Of a DNA stretch of 64,000 bases, positions 18,456 through 28,254 are shown piece after piece; position 1 is the stretch's first letter; every line of letters begins with the position of its first letter. The stretch is from positions 1 through 64,000 of the forward strand of contig JBFWRP010000010.1 of the NCBI GenBank assembly GCA_050248855.1. Reading direction: 5' to 3'. Under the pieces are notes generated by a model. The model worked only from the letters and a program-made list of their open reading frames with translations, was not told where the DNA came from and searched no databases. The DNA comes from Planctomycetota bacterium (GTDB taxonomy: Bacteria > Planctomycetota > PLA2 > JAEUHO01). The position numbers were made by a program, and so were the translations under genes.

Positions 18456-19223
18456 ATGCGCGTCCATGTGCTCGGTTGCTCCGGGGGCAGTGCCCCCCGG
18501 CGCGAGCTGACCAGCTACCTGATCGACGACGTCCTCGCGGTGGACGCCGGCGCGCTGACCACCACCCTGGAGCTGGAGCAGCAGCAGCTCCTGCGCATGG
18601 TTCTGTTGTCGCACGGGCACATGGACCACATCTGGAGCCTGCCCCTCTTCCTGGCCAATCGCTTCCAGGACGGGACGCCCACGTGCGCGATCCGGGCCAG
18701 CGGCTACACGCTGGAGACGCTGGCCACCCACCAGATGAACGATCGCGTCTGGCCGGACTTCACGCGGGCCATGACCATGACGGGCCCGCTCATGCAGCTC
18801 CAGCCCCTGGAGGCCGGCGAGCAGGCCACGCTGCTCAAGCGCTACCGGGTGACGACGATCCCCGTGGATCACACCGTCCCGTGCCAAGCACACCTGATCG
18901 AGACGGACGAGGGCGCGCTGCTGCTCGGGACCGACACGCACGTGACGGATCGCTTCTGGGCGATTGCCAACCGCACGCCCAACCTGAAGGCCGCGGTCGT
19001 CGAGTGCAGCTTTCCCGACGCCTACGCCGACTTGGCGCTTCGCAGCAAGCACTTGACGCCCAGGCTGTTGGGCGAGGAGCTGAAGAAGCTGAAGGCCGAC
19101 GTGCCGGTGCACATCACGCACATGAAGCCGGGCTACGAGGAGACCCTCCTGCGCGAGCTCGGCGCGCTGGGTGACTCACGGATCCGACCGCTGAGGCAGG
19201 GGGACGTGCTGGAGCTGCGCTAG
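18456..19223 (+). CDS. Class II 3',5'-cyclic-nucleotide phosphodiesterase (metallo-beta-lactamase fold)
   Basis: VLGCSGG, VDAG, SHGHMDH (HxHxDH), NDRVWPDF, VDHTVP, ECSFP, HLTP, THMKP. Confidence 0.85.
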   Translation: MRVHVLGCSGGSAPRRELTSYLIDDVLAVDAGALTTTLELEQQQLLRMVLLSHGHMDHIWSLPLFLANRFQDGTPTCAIRASGYTLETLATHQMNDRVWPDFTRAMTMTGPLMQLQPLEAGEQATLLKRYRVTTIPVDHTVPCQAHLIETDEGALLLGTDTHVTDRFWAIANRTPNLKAAVVECSFPDAYADLALRSKHLTPRLLGEELKKLKADVPVHITHMKPGYEETLLRELGALGDSRIRPLRQGDVLELR

Positions 19224-19247
19224 GGGCACTGTACCGCCAAGGGCACT

Positions 19248-19341
19248 GTACGGAGTCGGGTGTGATTCCAACCTCACGCCGGGACGCCCCCTGGCGTGTG
19301 TTGGTCCAAGGCGGCGTGAGGTAGGAATCACACCCGACTCC
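19248..19341. repeat. REPIN-like inverted pair, family A, between convergent genes
   Basis: Left arm gtacggagtcgggtgtgattccaacctcacgccg (19248-19281) and right arm cggcgtgaggtaggaatcacacccgactcc (19312-19341). The core matches the unit at 991-1129. Confidence 0.88.
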
Positions 19342-19346
19342 CATCC

Positions 19347-20339
19347 TCATGGGCCTTCGGGGGGCGCCGGCGCCGGCTCTTCGACCACGACGGGGCCGCC
19401 GGCCATGACGCGGGCGTAGCGCTCGGCGCGGACGGCGCGGTCGGACGCGTCGCTCGTGTCGAAGTCGCCGCCGTAGGTGGCAAGGACCGGGTCCAGGGCC
19501 GCCGTACGGTTCGCCGACGGCGGATGCGTGTCCCAGGTGCCCGCCGGGCGGTTCTCCGTGGCCGAGAGGTAGGCGCGCAGGGCACGTGCGTCGTAGCCGG
19601 CGTCGTACAGGATCAGCGTGCCTTCGCGGTCCGCCTCGTACTCCGCGTCGTAGCCGTAGCCCTGGCGCGTGAGCGAGGCCACCATGGCACCCGAGACATC
19701 GCCGAGCATCTCGGCTTGGCTGCGCAACACACCCTGGTTGCCGCCCGCGGCACCCAGGATCCTGCCGAAGGCGGCCGCCGTGCTGCCGGCCTCGCGACCG
19801 CGGACGATGATCGTCTCCGCGTGCTTCAGGCTGACGTGGGCGATCTCGTGCGCCAAGATGCCGGCGATCTCGTCCTCGTTCTCGGCACGGAGCAGCGCGC
19901 CGCGGGTGACGAACACGAACCCGCCCGGCGCGCTCCAGCCGTTCGGTGCGTCGTCGTCGAGCACGCCGAAGTGGTAGCCGCCATGGGTCGGCGTGATGCG
20001 CGTGGAGAGCGCCACCAACGTGGCGCCGATCGTCTTGACGTAGGCCTGGTGACCCGGGTTGGGGTCCAGCCCGAAGCGGGCGATCAGCTCGGCCGCCGCG
20101 GCGCGCCCTACCACGTACTCCTGCTCGGGCGAGAACGCGATCCGCATCTGCTGCACGCTGTCGGCCGCGCTCGAGACGGCCGCACGCGCCAGCTCGCCCG
20201 CGCGGCCCCCCACCGCGTTGCCCGCGAGGTTGCCGGCGACGTCGCCGATCGTGCAGCCCGCCGCCAGACCAGCGAGCAGTCCCACGCCCAGGACCGCCGA
20301 CTTGCGGCGCCCCCAGCAGCGCACGTCCTCCCTGCCCAT
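19347..20339 (-). CDS. M48 family zinc metalloprotease, predicted lipoprotein
   Basis: Lipobox LAAGC, NGWSAPGG, HEIAH (HExxH), EYEADREG, THP. GGAGG lies upstream of the ATG at 20339. Confidence 0.88.
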   Translation of the reverse strand: MGREDVRCWGRRKSAVLGVGLLAGLAAGCTIGDVAGNLAGNAVGGRAGELARAAVSSAADSVQQMRIAFSPEQEYVVGRAAAAELIARFGLDPNPGHQAYVKTIGATLVALSTRITPTHGGYHFGVLDDDAPNGWSAPGGFVFVTRGALLRAENEDEIAGILAHEIAHVSLKHAETIIVRGREAGSTAAAFGRILGAAGGNQGVLRSQAEMLGDVSGAMVASLTRQGYGYDAEYEADREGTLILYDAGYDARALRAYLSATENRPAGTWDTHPPSANRTAALDPVLATYGGDFDTSDASDRAVRAERYARVMAGGPVVVEEPAPAPPEGP

Positions 20340-20373
20340 CTGCACCCTCCCTTGGCGTCGCCGCGGCGCGCGA

Positions 20374-20946
20374 TCAGCGCGTCGGAGCCGGACGGCTGAG
20401 ACCGCCTTCCTCGACGAACGCCTCGATCTGCGGCGGCGGCGGCGCGTCGGCAATCAGGCCGTCCAGGGCCGCGTAAGCGCTCCGGAGGTCCAGGCGCCGT
20501 TGCTTGTGCAGCTCTTCCTGCTCGGGCCCCAGACCCCGGCTGACGGCCGCCTGCTCTTCGGTCGCGAGCCCACCTACCGGGCGCGCGATCGCGTTGTCGG
20601 CGCCCGTGCGGCCGAGCCTGCCCTCGCCGCTCAGGGCGTACGGGGCAACCGTCTGCGCGGTCAGCACCCAACCGTCGGCGACCTGCCCGCTCATCGTGCG
20701 CACGCGCGCCCAGGCACCGCGCGTCTCCAAGATGGTGACGCGGGCACCGTAGGGCAGCACCTGGGTGGCGCGGGCCAGGGGCTTGGCCTCGGTCTTGAGG
20801 GCGGTGCCGTTCTTGGCGAACACGGCGCGCACGGCCCCCACCGTGACGTCCGCGGGGTCGGCAGCCGCCGGGCGGGCCATGGACGCCCCGAGCACGGGCG
20901 CGCTCGCAAGGACGACGACGAGGATCCAACAGCTCGGGCGGGACAT
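20374..20946 (-). CDS. Secreted bacterial SH3 (SH3b)-like domain protein
   Basis: Signal peptide followed by LPYGARVTILETRGAWARVR...GWV; ends in IEAFVEEGGL. Confidence 0.75.
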   Translation of the reverse strand: MSRPSCWILVVVLASAPVLGASMARPAAADPADVTVGAVRAVFAKNGTALKTEAKPLARATQVLPYGARVTILETRGAWARVRTMSGQVADGWVLTAQTVAPYALSGEGRLGRTGADNAIARPVGGLATEEQAAVSRGLGPEQEELHKQRRLDLRSAYAALDGLIADAPPPPQIEAFVEEGGLSRPAPTR

Positions 20947-21020
20947 GGCGACTCTCCGGAGGCAGGGTACCGAGGGCGGCCTTCCCGAACGCGGGCAATC
21001 CGGCGTCCGAGGCCGCCCCC

Positions 21021-23261
21021 CTACTTGGAGTGCAGCACGACCCTCCGGTCCCACACGTGGATGTCAGGCTCTAGTTCGCAGATCGTGGCCACGCCGCGCA
21101 GCCAAGCCGTCGGGCCGTCGCCCGGGCGCGCGGCCTCGGCCCGTCCCAGGGCCTCCCGGGCCGCCGGCCAAGCCCCGACCTCCAGCGCCTCGACCGCTTG
21201 GGCGAAGGCCTCGACGTGGGCCCGCTCGGCCGGGGTCGCCGCCTCGGTCAGGGCGATCAGCTCGTACACCGGGATCGCCTGCTTCTTGCCGACGACGACC
21301 AAGTCGCCGAGCGGTTTGACCAGGACGGCGTCGCCGGCCTGACGACGCGTCTCGGGGCCGATCAAGATGCGGCTGCCGAAGTGCTTGTTGGCACCTTCCA
21401 AGCGGCTGGCGAGGTTCACCGCGTCGCCCATGCACGTGTAGTCGAAGCGGCGATCGCTCCCGAGGTTGCCGACGACGGCGGTCCCCGTGTTGAGCCCGAT
21501 GCGGATGTCGAAGCGCTCGAGCCCCAGCTCCGCGAGCGTCGGCCCGAGCGTGTCCAGCGCCTTCACGCACGCCACGGCGGAGCGGCACGCGCGAAGCGCG
21601 TGGTCGTCCATGTCGAGCGGGTCGCCGAAGAAGGCCATGATCGCATCGCCCTCGAACTTGTCGATCACGCCGCCTTGCGCCATGACCTCGGCGGACTGGC
21701 CGGTGAGGTAGCGGTTGAGGAGGCGCACGACCTTCTCGGGCTCGAGACGCTCGGAGATCGAGGTGAACCCCGCGACGTCGCTGAAGAAGATCGTGATCTC
21801 GCGCCGTCGACCGCCCAGCTGGATGCGATCGGGGTCGCGCTTCAAGGCCTCGATCACGTCCGGCGCCAGGTAGCGGCTGAAGGTTCCCTCCAGCCAGCGG
21901 TTGCGGGCGCCCTCGGTGAGCAGGCGCAGTGTCCCGGCGCCGATCCCGGCGAGCGCGATGCCCACGAGGGGCGTGAACAGGTCGATCGCGATCCCGCCTA
22001 CGAACAGGAGCCACGCCGCGCCCAGGCAGATGGCCGCGGCCAGCAGCACGCCGCCGAGCGTCCACAGGCGGCCCCGGAGCAGGGTCCCGACGAGCGCCGT
22101 GCCCATGGCCAAGAACGCCAGGAAGAGCAGGTTCGCCCAGCCTGGCCAGGCGACGCGCCCATCGCCGTGGAGCAAGACGTCCAACGTGACGGCCAGCAGC
22201 TCCGGACCCAGCATGTTGTCTTCGATAGGTGAGGCGAGCACGTCCTCGTGCCCTTGGACGTTCTGGCCGAACACCACGACGCGGTCCTCTACGAGAGCGC
22301 GAACGCTCGCGACGAGCTCCGCATCGTCGGGCGTCAAGGCGCCGACGTCGCCGCCCGCGTCGCCGAGCAGCTGGCCCGCCAGCAGGAGGGCCACGGGACT
22401 GACGCGCGGATAGATGTCCCACGCCTCGCCCGGGAAGGAGAGCAGGAACGTGCCTTGGTCGTCGAGTGCCTGGCGGACCGCGCCGACGTGGACGGCATCG
22501 CGCTCGACGCGCACGTCGTGGCCGCTGGCGAGGGCAGCACCCACGAGGGGCAGGCTGGCGATCGCGTGCCCCTCGCTGCGCCCGATCGGAGCGGCCCGCC
22601 GCACGATCCCGTCCACGTCCGAGACGGTGTTCACGAAACCCACGTAGCGGACGCCTTCCACGAAGGCGCGCACCGACGCATCCACGTGCCGCGCCCCGAA
22701 GGGGCTCGGCGGAGCCTCGCCCGTCACGGGCAGCCTCCGTTCGAGGGCCGCCTGCACCCGCGGCGGATGCGTCCACGTGGGCGTCGGCACGAGGAGGACG
22801 GCGGCTGCGGCCCGTCCGAAGGCATCGAGCGCCTGCGCGTAGGACGTGACCAGCTCGCGTTGGCTGGCCGCCACCTCGCGCCGGTCGGCGTGGACCTCCT
22901 CGTCGTCCTGCCCGCGGTCCAGGTACATGACGTCGAGCAGCAGCCCCCGGGCCCCGAGGTGCTCCAGGGCCGCGGGCAGGAGCACGAGGAAGTCCTCGGT
23001 CCAGGGCCAGCCGCTGCCCGTACGTTCCTGCAGCTCGCGGACGGCGGCATCGTCCACGATGGCGAGCACGATGCGCGGGTCCGGGTCACGGTCGCCCACG
23101 CACATGCGCGTGCGCGCGTCGAGGAACGAGCCCTCGATGCGCTGGAACCCGGTGGTCTGCCGCAGCGCGGCGAGCGCGAACGTCACCCCGAGGCCCACAA
23201 GCACGCCGGCCAGCGCCCGCCGTGCGGTCGAGGTGCTCTCGAGGCGGGGAACCTGCGTCAC
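21021..23261 (-). CDS. CHASE2-domain class III adenylate cyclase
   Basis: TM, CHASE2 (WPW, DVDGIVRR, GPELLA), three TMs, cyclase domain (FSDVAGFT, DKFEGDAIMAFF, GNLGS, DYTCMGDAVNLASRLEG) and a C-terminal TPR-like helix. Confidence 0.92.
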   Translation of the reverse strand: MTQVPRLESTSTARRALAGVLVGLGVTFALAALRQTTGFQRIEGSFLDARTRMCVGDRDPDPRIVLAIVDDAAVRELQERTGSGWPWTEDFLVLLPAALEHLGARGLLLDVMYLDRGQDDEEVHADRREVAASQRELVTSYAQALDAFGRAAAAVLLVPTPTWTHPPRVQAALERRLPVTGEAPPSPFGARHVDASVRAFVEGVRYVGFVNTVSDVDGIVRRAAPIGRSEGHAIASLPLVGAALASGHDVRVERDAVHVGAVRQALDDQGTFLLSFPGEAWDIYPRVSPVALLLAGQLLGDAGGDVGALTPDDAELVASVRALVEDRVVVFGQNVQGHEDVLASPIEDNMLGPELLAVTLDVLLHGDGRVAWPGWANLLFLAFLAMGTALVGTLLRGRLWTLGGVLLAAAICLGAAWLLFVGGIAIDLFTPLVGIALAGIGAGTLRLLTEGARNRWLEGTFSRYLAPDVIEALKRDPDRIQLGGRRREITIFFSDVAGFTSISERLEPEKVVRLLNRYLTGQSAEVMAQGGVIDKFEGDAIMAFFGDPLDMDDHALRACRSAVACVKALDTLGPTLAELGLERFDIRIGLNTGTAVVGNLGSDRRFDYTCMGDAVNLASRLEGANKHFGSRILIGPETRRQAGDAVLVKPLGDLVVVGKKQAIPVYELIALTEAATPAERAHVEAFAQAVEALEVGAWPAAREALGRAEAARPGDGPTAWLRGVATICELEPDIHVWDRRVVLHSK

Positions 23262-23347
23262 GCGGCGGCCCTCCCGTACACTCGGTCGCCCTCCGCGGAG
23301 TCTACGGGGCCGGCCCCCGTGAGGCGCGCAGAGGCGCGCGGGAGTCG

Positions 23348-24658
23348 ATGGTCCAGCTGGTCCTGTTCGTGCTCGGCAATCTCGCCGGGTCCTTCTTCTG
23401 CTCCTTGAGCGAGGCGGCGCTGCTCTCGTCGAGCGAGGCGCGCATCCGCGCCCTCATCGAGCGGGGCGACCGGCGAGCCGGGCGCCTCCTGCCGCTGCGC
23501 CAGGACCCGGGTCGCACCCTGGCGTCGATCGTGTTCCTGAACAACGTGTTCGCCATCGCCGGTACGGCGGCCATCTCCGCCTACGCCACGCAGGTCCTCG
23601 TCACCCCCACGGCGATGCTCGTGTTCATCACGCTGCAGACGATCTTGATCATCGCGTTCGGCGAGATCGTGCCGAAGGTGCTGGGCGAAGCCCGGCCCGA
23701 ACGGATCGCGATCGTCGTGGCCCCCGCCCTGGTGAACGTGCGCCGGGCCCTGGCACCGCTCGTCTGGCTGGTGCAGCTGCTCACGGGCTGGGCGCGACCC
23801 CGGCACCGCATCGCCCCCGGCGAGGAGGCCGAGATCCGCGAGCTGGCCCGCCTCGGGGAGGAGGGCGGCCACATCGAGAGCGAGCAGGCCGAGCTGATCC
23901 GCCGCGTGTTCCGGCTCGACGACATCACGGCGGCGGACGTCATGACGCCCCGGCGCCTCGTACGAGCCCTGCCCGAGGACGCCACGATGAGCTCGCTGCG
24001 CGCCAAGCTGCTCGAGTGGCCCCACGGCCAGTACCCCGTGTACCGCGACGACCTGGACACGGTGATCGGCGTGCTGTCCCTGCGGGACGCCCTCGAAGCC
24101 CTCGTGCGGGGCGACGAGAACGTCACGGTCGGGCAGCTGATGAAGCGCGCGTTGTTCATCCCCACGTCGCGCAAGGTCGACGATGTCCTCAAGGACGTGC
24201 AGCAGGCCCATGGGACGATGGCCATCGTGCTCGACGAGTACGGCGTGACCGAGGGCGTGATCACGATGGACGACCTCGTCGAGGAGCTGGTCGGCGAGGC
24301 CATCGACGAGATGGACGTCACCGCGGGCCTCGTGAAGCGCGTCTCGCGCGACGTGGCCCTGGTGCATGGCCTCACGCGAGCCCGCGACGTGGCCCGCTTC
24401 CTGCACTGTCCCGTGGCGTGGGCGAGCGACGAGCAGGAGAACACCACGATCACGGGCCTGTTTTCCGACGCGCTCGGGCGCATCCCGATCCCGGGCGATC
24501 GCCTCGTGCTCTCCGGCGGCTTGGAGCTGGTCGTGCGCTTGGCCGATCCCGTCATGGCCGTCCGCGTACGCGCCCGCTACCTGCGTGACGAGGACGTGAC
24601 CCCCGGCGTCACCCCCGCGGCCCCGCCTCCGGCGGAGGCTCCGCCCGCGAGCACCTAG
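23348..24658 (+). CDS. CNNM/HlyC-CorC family protein (DUF21, two CBS, CorC_HlyC)
   Basis: SLSEAALLS, FGEIVPK, ADVMTPR, PVYRDDLD, DEYGVTEGVITMDDLVEELVGE, GRIPIPGD. Confidence 0.92.
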   Translation: MVQLVLFVLGNLAGSFFCSLSEAALLSSSEARIRALIERGDRRAGRLLPLRQDPGRTLASIVFLNNVFAIAGTAAISAYATQVLVTPTAMLVFITLQTILIIAFGEIVPKVLGEARPERIAIVVAPALVNVRRALAPLVWLVQLLTGWARPRHRIAPGEEAEIRELARLGEEGGHIESEQAELIRRVFRLDDITAADVMTPRRLVRALPEDATMSSLRAKLLEWPHGQYPVYRDDLDTVIGVLSLRDALEALVRGDENVTVGQLMKRALFIPTSRKVDDVLKDVQQAHGTMAIVLDEYGVTEGVITMDDLVEELVGEAIDEMDVTAGLVKRVSRDVALVHGLTRARDVARFLHCPVAWASDEQENTTITGLFSDALGRIPIPGDRLVLSGGLELVVRLADPVMAVRVRARYLRDEDVTPGVTPAAPPPAEAPPAST

Positions 24659-24690
24659 CGCGCGGCGGCAGGCGAGCGGCGTGTCCGACC

Positions 24691-26415
24691 CTACCGGCCG
24701 AGGTCGACGCGATGCGTGCCGCCGGTGCGGCTGGTGAAGACGATCGTGGTGGGATCGCCGCTGACGAACAGGCGCACGCGCACCTCGCTGCTGCCGTCCA
24801 CGCCCTCGGGGAGGCGTGCCTCGCCCGCCCGCACCTCGAGGACGTCGGCGTCCCGTCCGGCGCGCAGGCGCAGCGCGGCGGTCAGCGTGCCGCCCGTCAC
24901 GGCGATGCGGTCGGGCGGCAGCACGCCAAGGCGCCGGGGGAGCTCGGCGATCGTCGGCAGGAGCGCCGCGTTCGTCACGCGAACGTCGATCGTGCCGCGC
25001 ACGGGGTCCCGCTCGAGCACCTCGATCGCGAGATCCGGCAGGGCCTCGGCGTGCTGGACGCAGAACAGGGCATTGCGCACGCACGTCTCGTGCAGGTACT
25101 CGACCGGGTCGCTGCGCCGCGTGAAGCGCGTCCAGCCGCCCACCTCCACGGTGCCCAGCGTCGGGTGCTTCACCTCGTGCCAGCGCACGAAGCCCGCCCC
25201 GCCCAGGACCTCGTCGTTCCAACGCAAGGCCGAGAGCCGCGGGTCGTCCACGTCCCGCGCCTTGTCGGCCGGACCGCGCTCGGCCTCCAGGTGCCCCCAC
25301 AGCTCGTTGGTGAACGAGAACACGCCGAGGTCGAACCACGTCCAGTCCACGAACCCGCCGAACACGCGGTAGAGGTCCTCGCGGATCTGCATGGCGCGGT
25401 ACGTGGGCAGCACGCCCAAGCCCCGTCGCTGCAGCTCCACGTAGAGGCGCACGTCGGAGCGCGGCATGCCGGCCTCGCGGTCCGTGAACGCCGCAGGCGG
25501 GCGCAGGATCATCCGCCCCGCGTTGTGGAAGCTCTGCACGCCGGAGAGGTGCGGCAAGCGCAGCAGCCACAGCGCCGTGGCGCGCGTCTCGGGCTCGGAC
25601 AGCGGGTACGGCCCGGCGCCGCCCTGGTCCCGTTCGGGGCGCCAGTTGCCCGGCCAGTTGCGGTTGGGGTCGACGCCGCCCTCGCCGTCCTCGCAGGACG
25701 CCCCGTCCCCATCGTTGTCGTAGCCCTCCGGGCCCAGCATCCGGTAGCGCACGGCGGCCGTCTCGCCCGGCTCGAGGCTTCGCATGAGGCGGTCATCCCG
25801 CTCGTCCACCACGAAGTCGCCCTCCGGGTCGCGCACGCGCATGGACACGATGTGGCCATCGCCGTCGAGATCGTCGGGCCCGTCCTCGTCGAACCGTCCA
25901 TCGCCGTCGTCGTCCACGGGGCGGAGCACGCGGCGCGGGCTGTCAGGGGTCTGCGGCGTGTGGAAGAAGCGATGTCGGCTGTCGGGGTTGACGCACGGTG
26001 CCACGTGAACGGTGATGCGGCGCATCAGGCGTCGCACATGCTCCCGCTCCGACGTCAGCAGATGCTTGACGAGGAACAGGCAGACCTCGCTGGCCTGCAC
26101 CTCGTTGCCGTGCGTGTTGCCATCCACGTAGAAGGCGGGCCGCGTGGCCGGGTCCGGACCGGATGGATCGAACAGCGTCATCACGAGCAGCGGGCGGCCC
26201 TCGCGGCTCGTGCCCATCGACTCCACGCGCGTCCACGTCGGCCACGCCTCGTGTACGCGGCGGAGCGCCTCGTTCACGCCTTCCTCATCCAAGTAGCGGT
26301 CGAAGCGCAGCCAGACGAGATCCTTCTCCACGTCGGCGCCCGCCGGGCGCACGCCGAACGCGAGGGCGAGGGGCGCGAGAAGCGCCAGCAGGCGGAGGGC
26401 GCGACACGCGCTCAT
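24691..26415 (-). CDS. Secreted M14 zinc carboxypeptidase with catalytic residues intact
   Basis: Signal peptide; DGNTHGNE (HxxE), NPD, DPNRNW, PLSEPET, SFHNAG, FTNELW; DxDGDG repeats. ATG at 26415 overlaps the upstream stop. Confidence 0.88.
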   Translation of the reverse strand: MSACRALRLLALLAPLALAFGVRPAGADVEKDLVWLRFDRYLDEEGVNEALRRVHEAWPTWTRVESMGTSREGRPLLVMTLFDPSGPDPATRPAFYVDGNTHGNEVQASEVCLFLVKHLLTSEREHVRRLMRRITVHVAPCVNPDSRHRFFHTPQTPDSPRRVLRPVDDDGDGRFDEDGPDDLDGDGHIVSMRVRDPEGDFVVDERDDRLMRSLEPGETAAVRYRMLGPEGYDNDGDGASCEDGEGGVDPNRNWPGNWRPERDQGGAGPYPLSEPETRATALWLLRLPHLSGVQSFHNAGRMILRPPAAFTDREAGMPRSDVRLYVELQRRGLGVLPTYRAMQIREDLYRVFGGFVDWTWFDLGVFSFTNELWGHLEAERGPADKARDVDDPRLSALRWNDEVLGGAGFVRWHEVKHPTLGTVEVGGWTRFTRRSDPVEYLHETCVRNALFCVQHAEALPDLAIEVLERDPVRGTIDVRVTNAALLPTIAELPRRLGVLPPDRIAVTGGTLTAALRLRAGRDADVLEVRAGEARLPEGVDGSSEVRVRLFVSGDPTTIVFTSRTGGTHRVDLGR

Positions 26416-28133
26416 GGGACGCGGACCTCCTCCTCGAGGTCGCCGCCGATGCGGTGGTGGACGAGCAGGCGCGCCACGCGCGTCCCGGAGGCCGCGTCGC
26501 CCACGCGCAGCAGCCAGCGCAGCGGTCCCTCGCGCGCGCCCTGCTCGCAGGCCGGCAGCGTCGCCGCCGGCGGGCCGCCCAGACGCTCCACGCCGTCCTC
26601 GGTCACGAGCCGCACGTGGACGGGCCGCGCCACGCGCGCATCGCGCGCGGCGCGGGTCTCCAGATCGGCATCGCCCCGGTTGGCGACGTGGACGACGAGC
26701 TCGACCAGCCCGGCGCCCGCGTTCTTCACCTCGAGCTCGGCCGCGAGCCGCGGCACATGCTTCGCGTGGCGTCGGGGCGCCTCGCAGACGCGGGCCACCG
26801 CCGCGCCCAGGCGATCTTCCGGCGGTTCGTGCCGCGTGCCCGGTAGCCAGCCGCCGATCTCGACGACCCCCAGCGTGGGGTGCTCGAACGGCGTCCACGC
26901 CCGGAAGCCCTGACCGCCCAGCTGCTCGTCGTTCCAGAGCAGCCAGTCGAGCTCGTCGACATCGTCGCCGGGGCGCGCGTCCTTGGCCGAGCGCTCGACG
27001 CGGGCCACCGGCACGCGCACGGCCAGCACGCCCAGGTGCACCGACGCCCAGTCCAGGTCGCTGCCGGGGTTGTCGCCCCCCGCGCGGCGGCCCTTCAGCC
27101 CCGTGGCGTCCTCGAGGTCCTCGAGCAGGCGCTCGTAGGCCGCCTTGTCGACATCGGCCGCGTCCCCGCGCTCGTTGGCCCGCAGCAGGTGCGTGCCGCT
27201 GCTCGTGAAGCCGTACCAGGCGATCAAGGCCGGCGTCGCCAACGACAGGTCCATGAGGGCGCGCGTCTCCGGGGCACGTCCCGGGAACGCCCCGTCGCCC
27301 GACCAGGGTTGCACGCCGTCGAACGTGCCGCACATCTGGCGCGTCATGTCGAGGGCCGGCGGGTCCTCGTTGACCTCGCCGTCGCCATCGTCGTCGAGGC
27401 CTTCGCGGAGCAGGTCGTAGCGGACCGCCGTGCGCGCGTCGGCGTCCTCGACCATCCACCGCGGGTCCCCCGTGACGGCGTCGTCCGGCGCCTTGTCGCG
27501 GCGCTTGTCGTCGGGCTCGGGCGCGCGCACGCGCCACGCACCGTCGGGGCGCGGGACGCGCATCCAGAGGACGAGGCCGTCGCCATCGATGTCCCTCGGC
27601 CCGTCCTCGCCCAGGCGTCCGTCGCGGTCGCGGTCGGGGCGCTGGTCCTCGCGACCGGGCAGCACGCCTCCGGCGGGCCAAGCCAAGAGGGCATCCGGAT
27701 GCGGCGCGGGGACGAGCACCCAGCTCAGCCCGTCGAAGTCGGACGCCGCGTCGGCCACCAAGCGCCGGGCCAGCTCGAGCACGGCGACCGTGCCCGCCGC
27801 GTCGTGGGCCCCGAGCCCGCCGTGCACGAGGACGCTCGGCCTGCCCGGGGCACCCAGGTGGAGCGCCACCAAGGAGCGCCCCGCCGTGCTGCGCCCGTAG
27901 ACCTCCACGCGGGCCCGGGCGCTACCGGCTTGGCTGGCCAGCTCGCGGAGCGTGGCTTCGACGTCGTCGGGCCCCGCATAGGCCAGCGCGAGGGGGGCCG
28001 CCTCGGCGTCCGCGCCCGGCAGCGGCGGGTCCGCGGGCTCGTCGCCGGCACGCGCCGGCACGACCGCCACGGCGACGAGGAGCAGCGCAAGGGCCAGCCT
28101 GCAGCAGCGGCGAAGCGGGGAACGGACCTCCAC
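26412..28133 (-). CDS. Secreted M14 carboxypeptidase homolog with degenerate active site
   Basis: Collinear with its neighbour (YGRSTAGR, DRDRDGRLGEDGPRDIDGDG, PETRAL, HPTLGVVEIGGW) but the zinc ligands are substituted. Confidence 0.8.
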   Translation of the reverse strand: MEVRSPLRRCCRLALALLLVAVAVVPARAGDEPADPPLPGADAEAAPLALAYAGPDDVEATLRELASQAGSARARVEVYGRSTAGRSLVALHLGAPGRPSVLVHGGLGAHDAAGTVAVLELARRLVADAASDFDGLSWVLVPAPHPDALLAWPAGGVLPGREDQRPDRDRDGRLGEDGPRDIDGDGLVLWMRVPRPDGAWRVRAPEPDDKRRDKAPDDAVTGDPRWMVEDADARTAVRYDLLREGLDDDGDGEVNEDPPALDMTRQMCGTFDGVQPWSGDGAFPGRAPETRALMDLSLATPALIAWYGFTSSGTHLLRANERGDAADVDKAAYERLLEDLEDATGLKGRRAGGDNPGSDLDWASVHLGVLAVRVPVARVERSAKDARPGDDVDELDWLLWNDEQLGGQGFRAWTPFEHPTLGVVEIGGWLPGTRHEPPEDRLGAAVARVCEAPRRHAKHVPRLAAELEVKNAGAGLVELVVHVANRGDADLETRAARDARVARPVHVRLVTEDGVERLGGPPAATLPACEQGAREGPLRWLLRVGDAASGTRVARLLVHHRIGGDLEEEVRVP

Positions 28134-28254
28134 GGGAGGCGGAGGCTACCCGCAGCAGCCCGATGGACGATAGGTCCGCCTTGCGCCCGCGCGGGAACCA
28201 CGGGCCCCGACCCGTGTCGGATCGGGCGCGACCGCGCCCGGGAGGACCCTGCCC

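Noticed and set aside
26416..27681. Apparent 996-aa M14 protein with a long N-terminal extension
   Set aside because: The extension overlaps the upstream M14 paralog out of frame, and a proper signal peptide starts at 26415.
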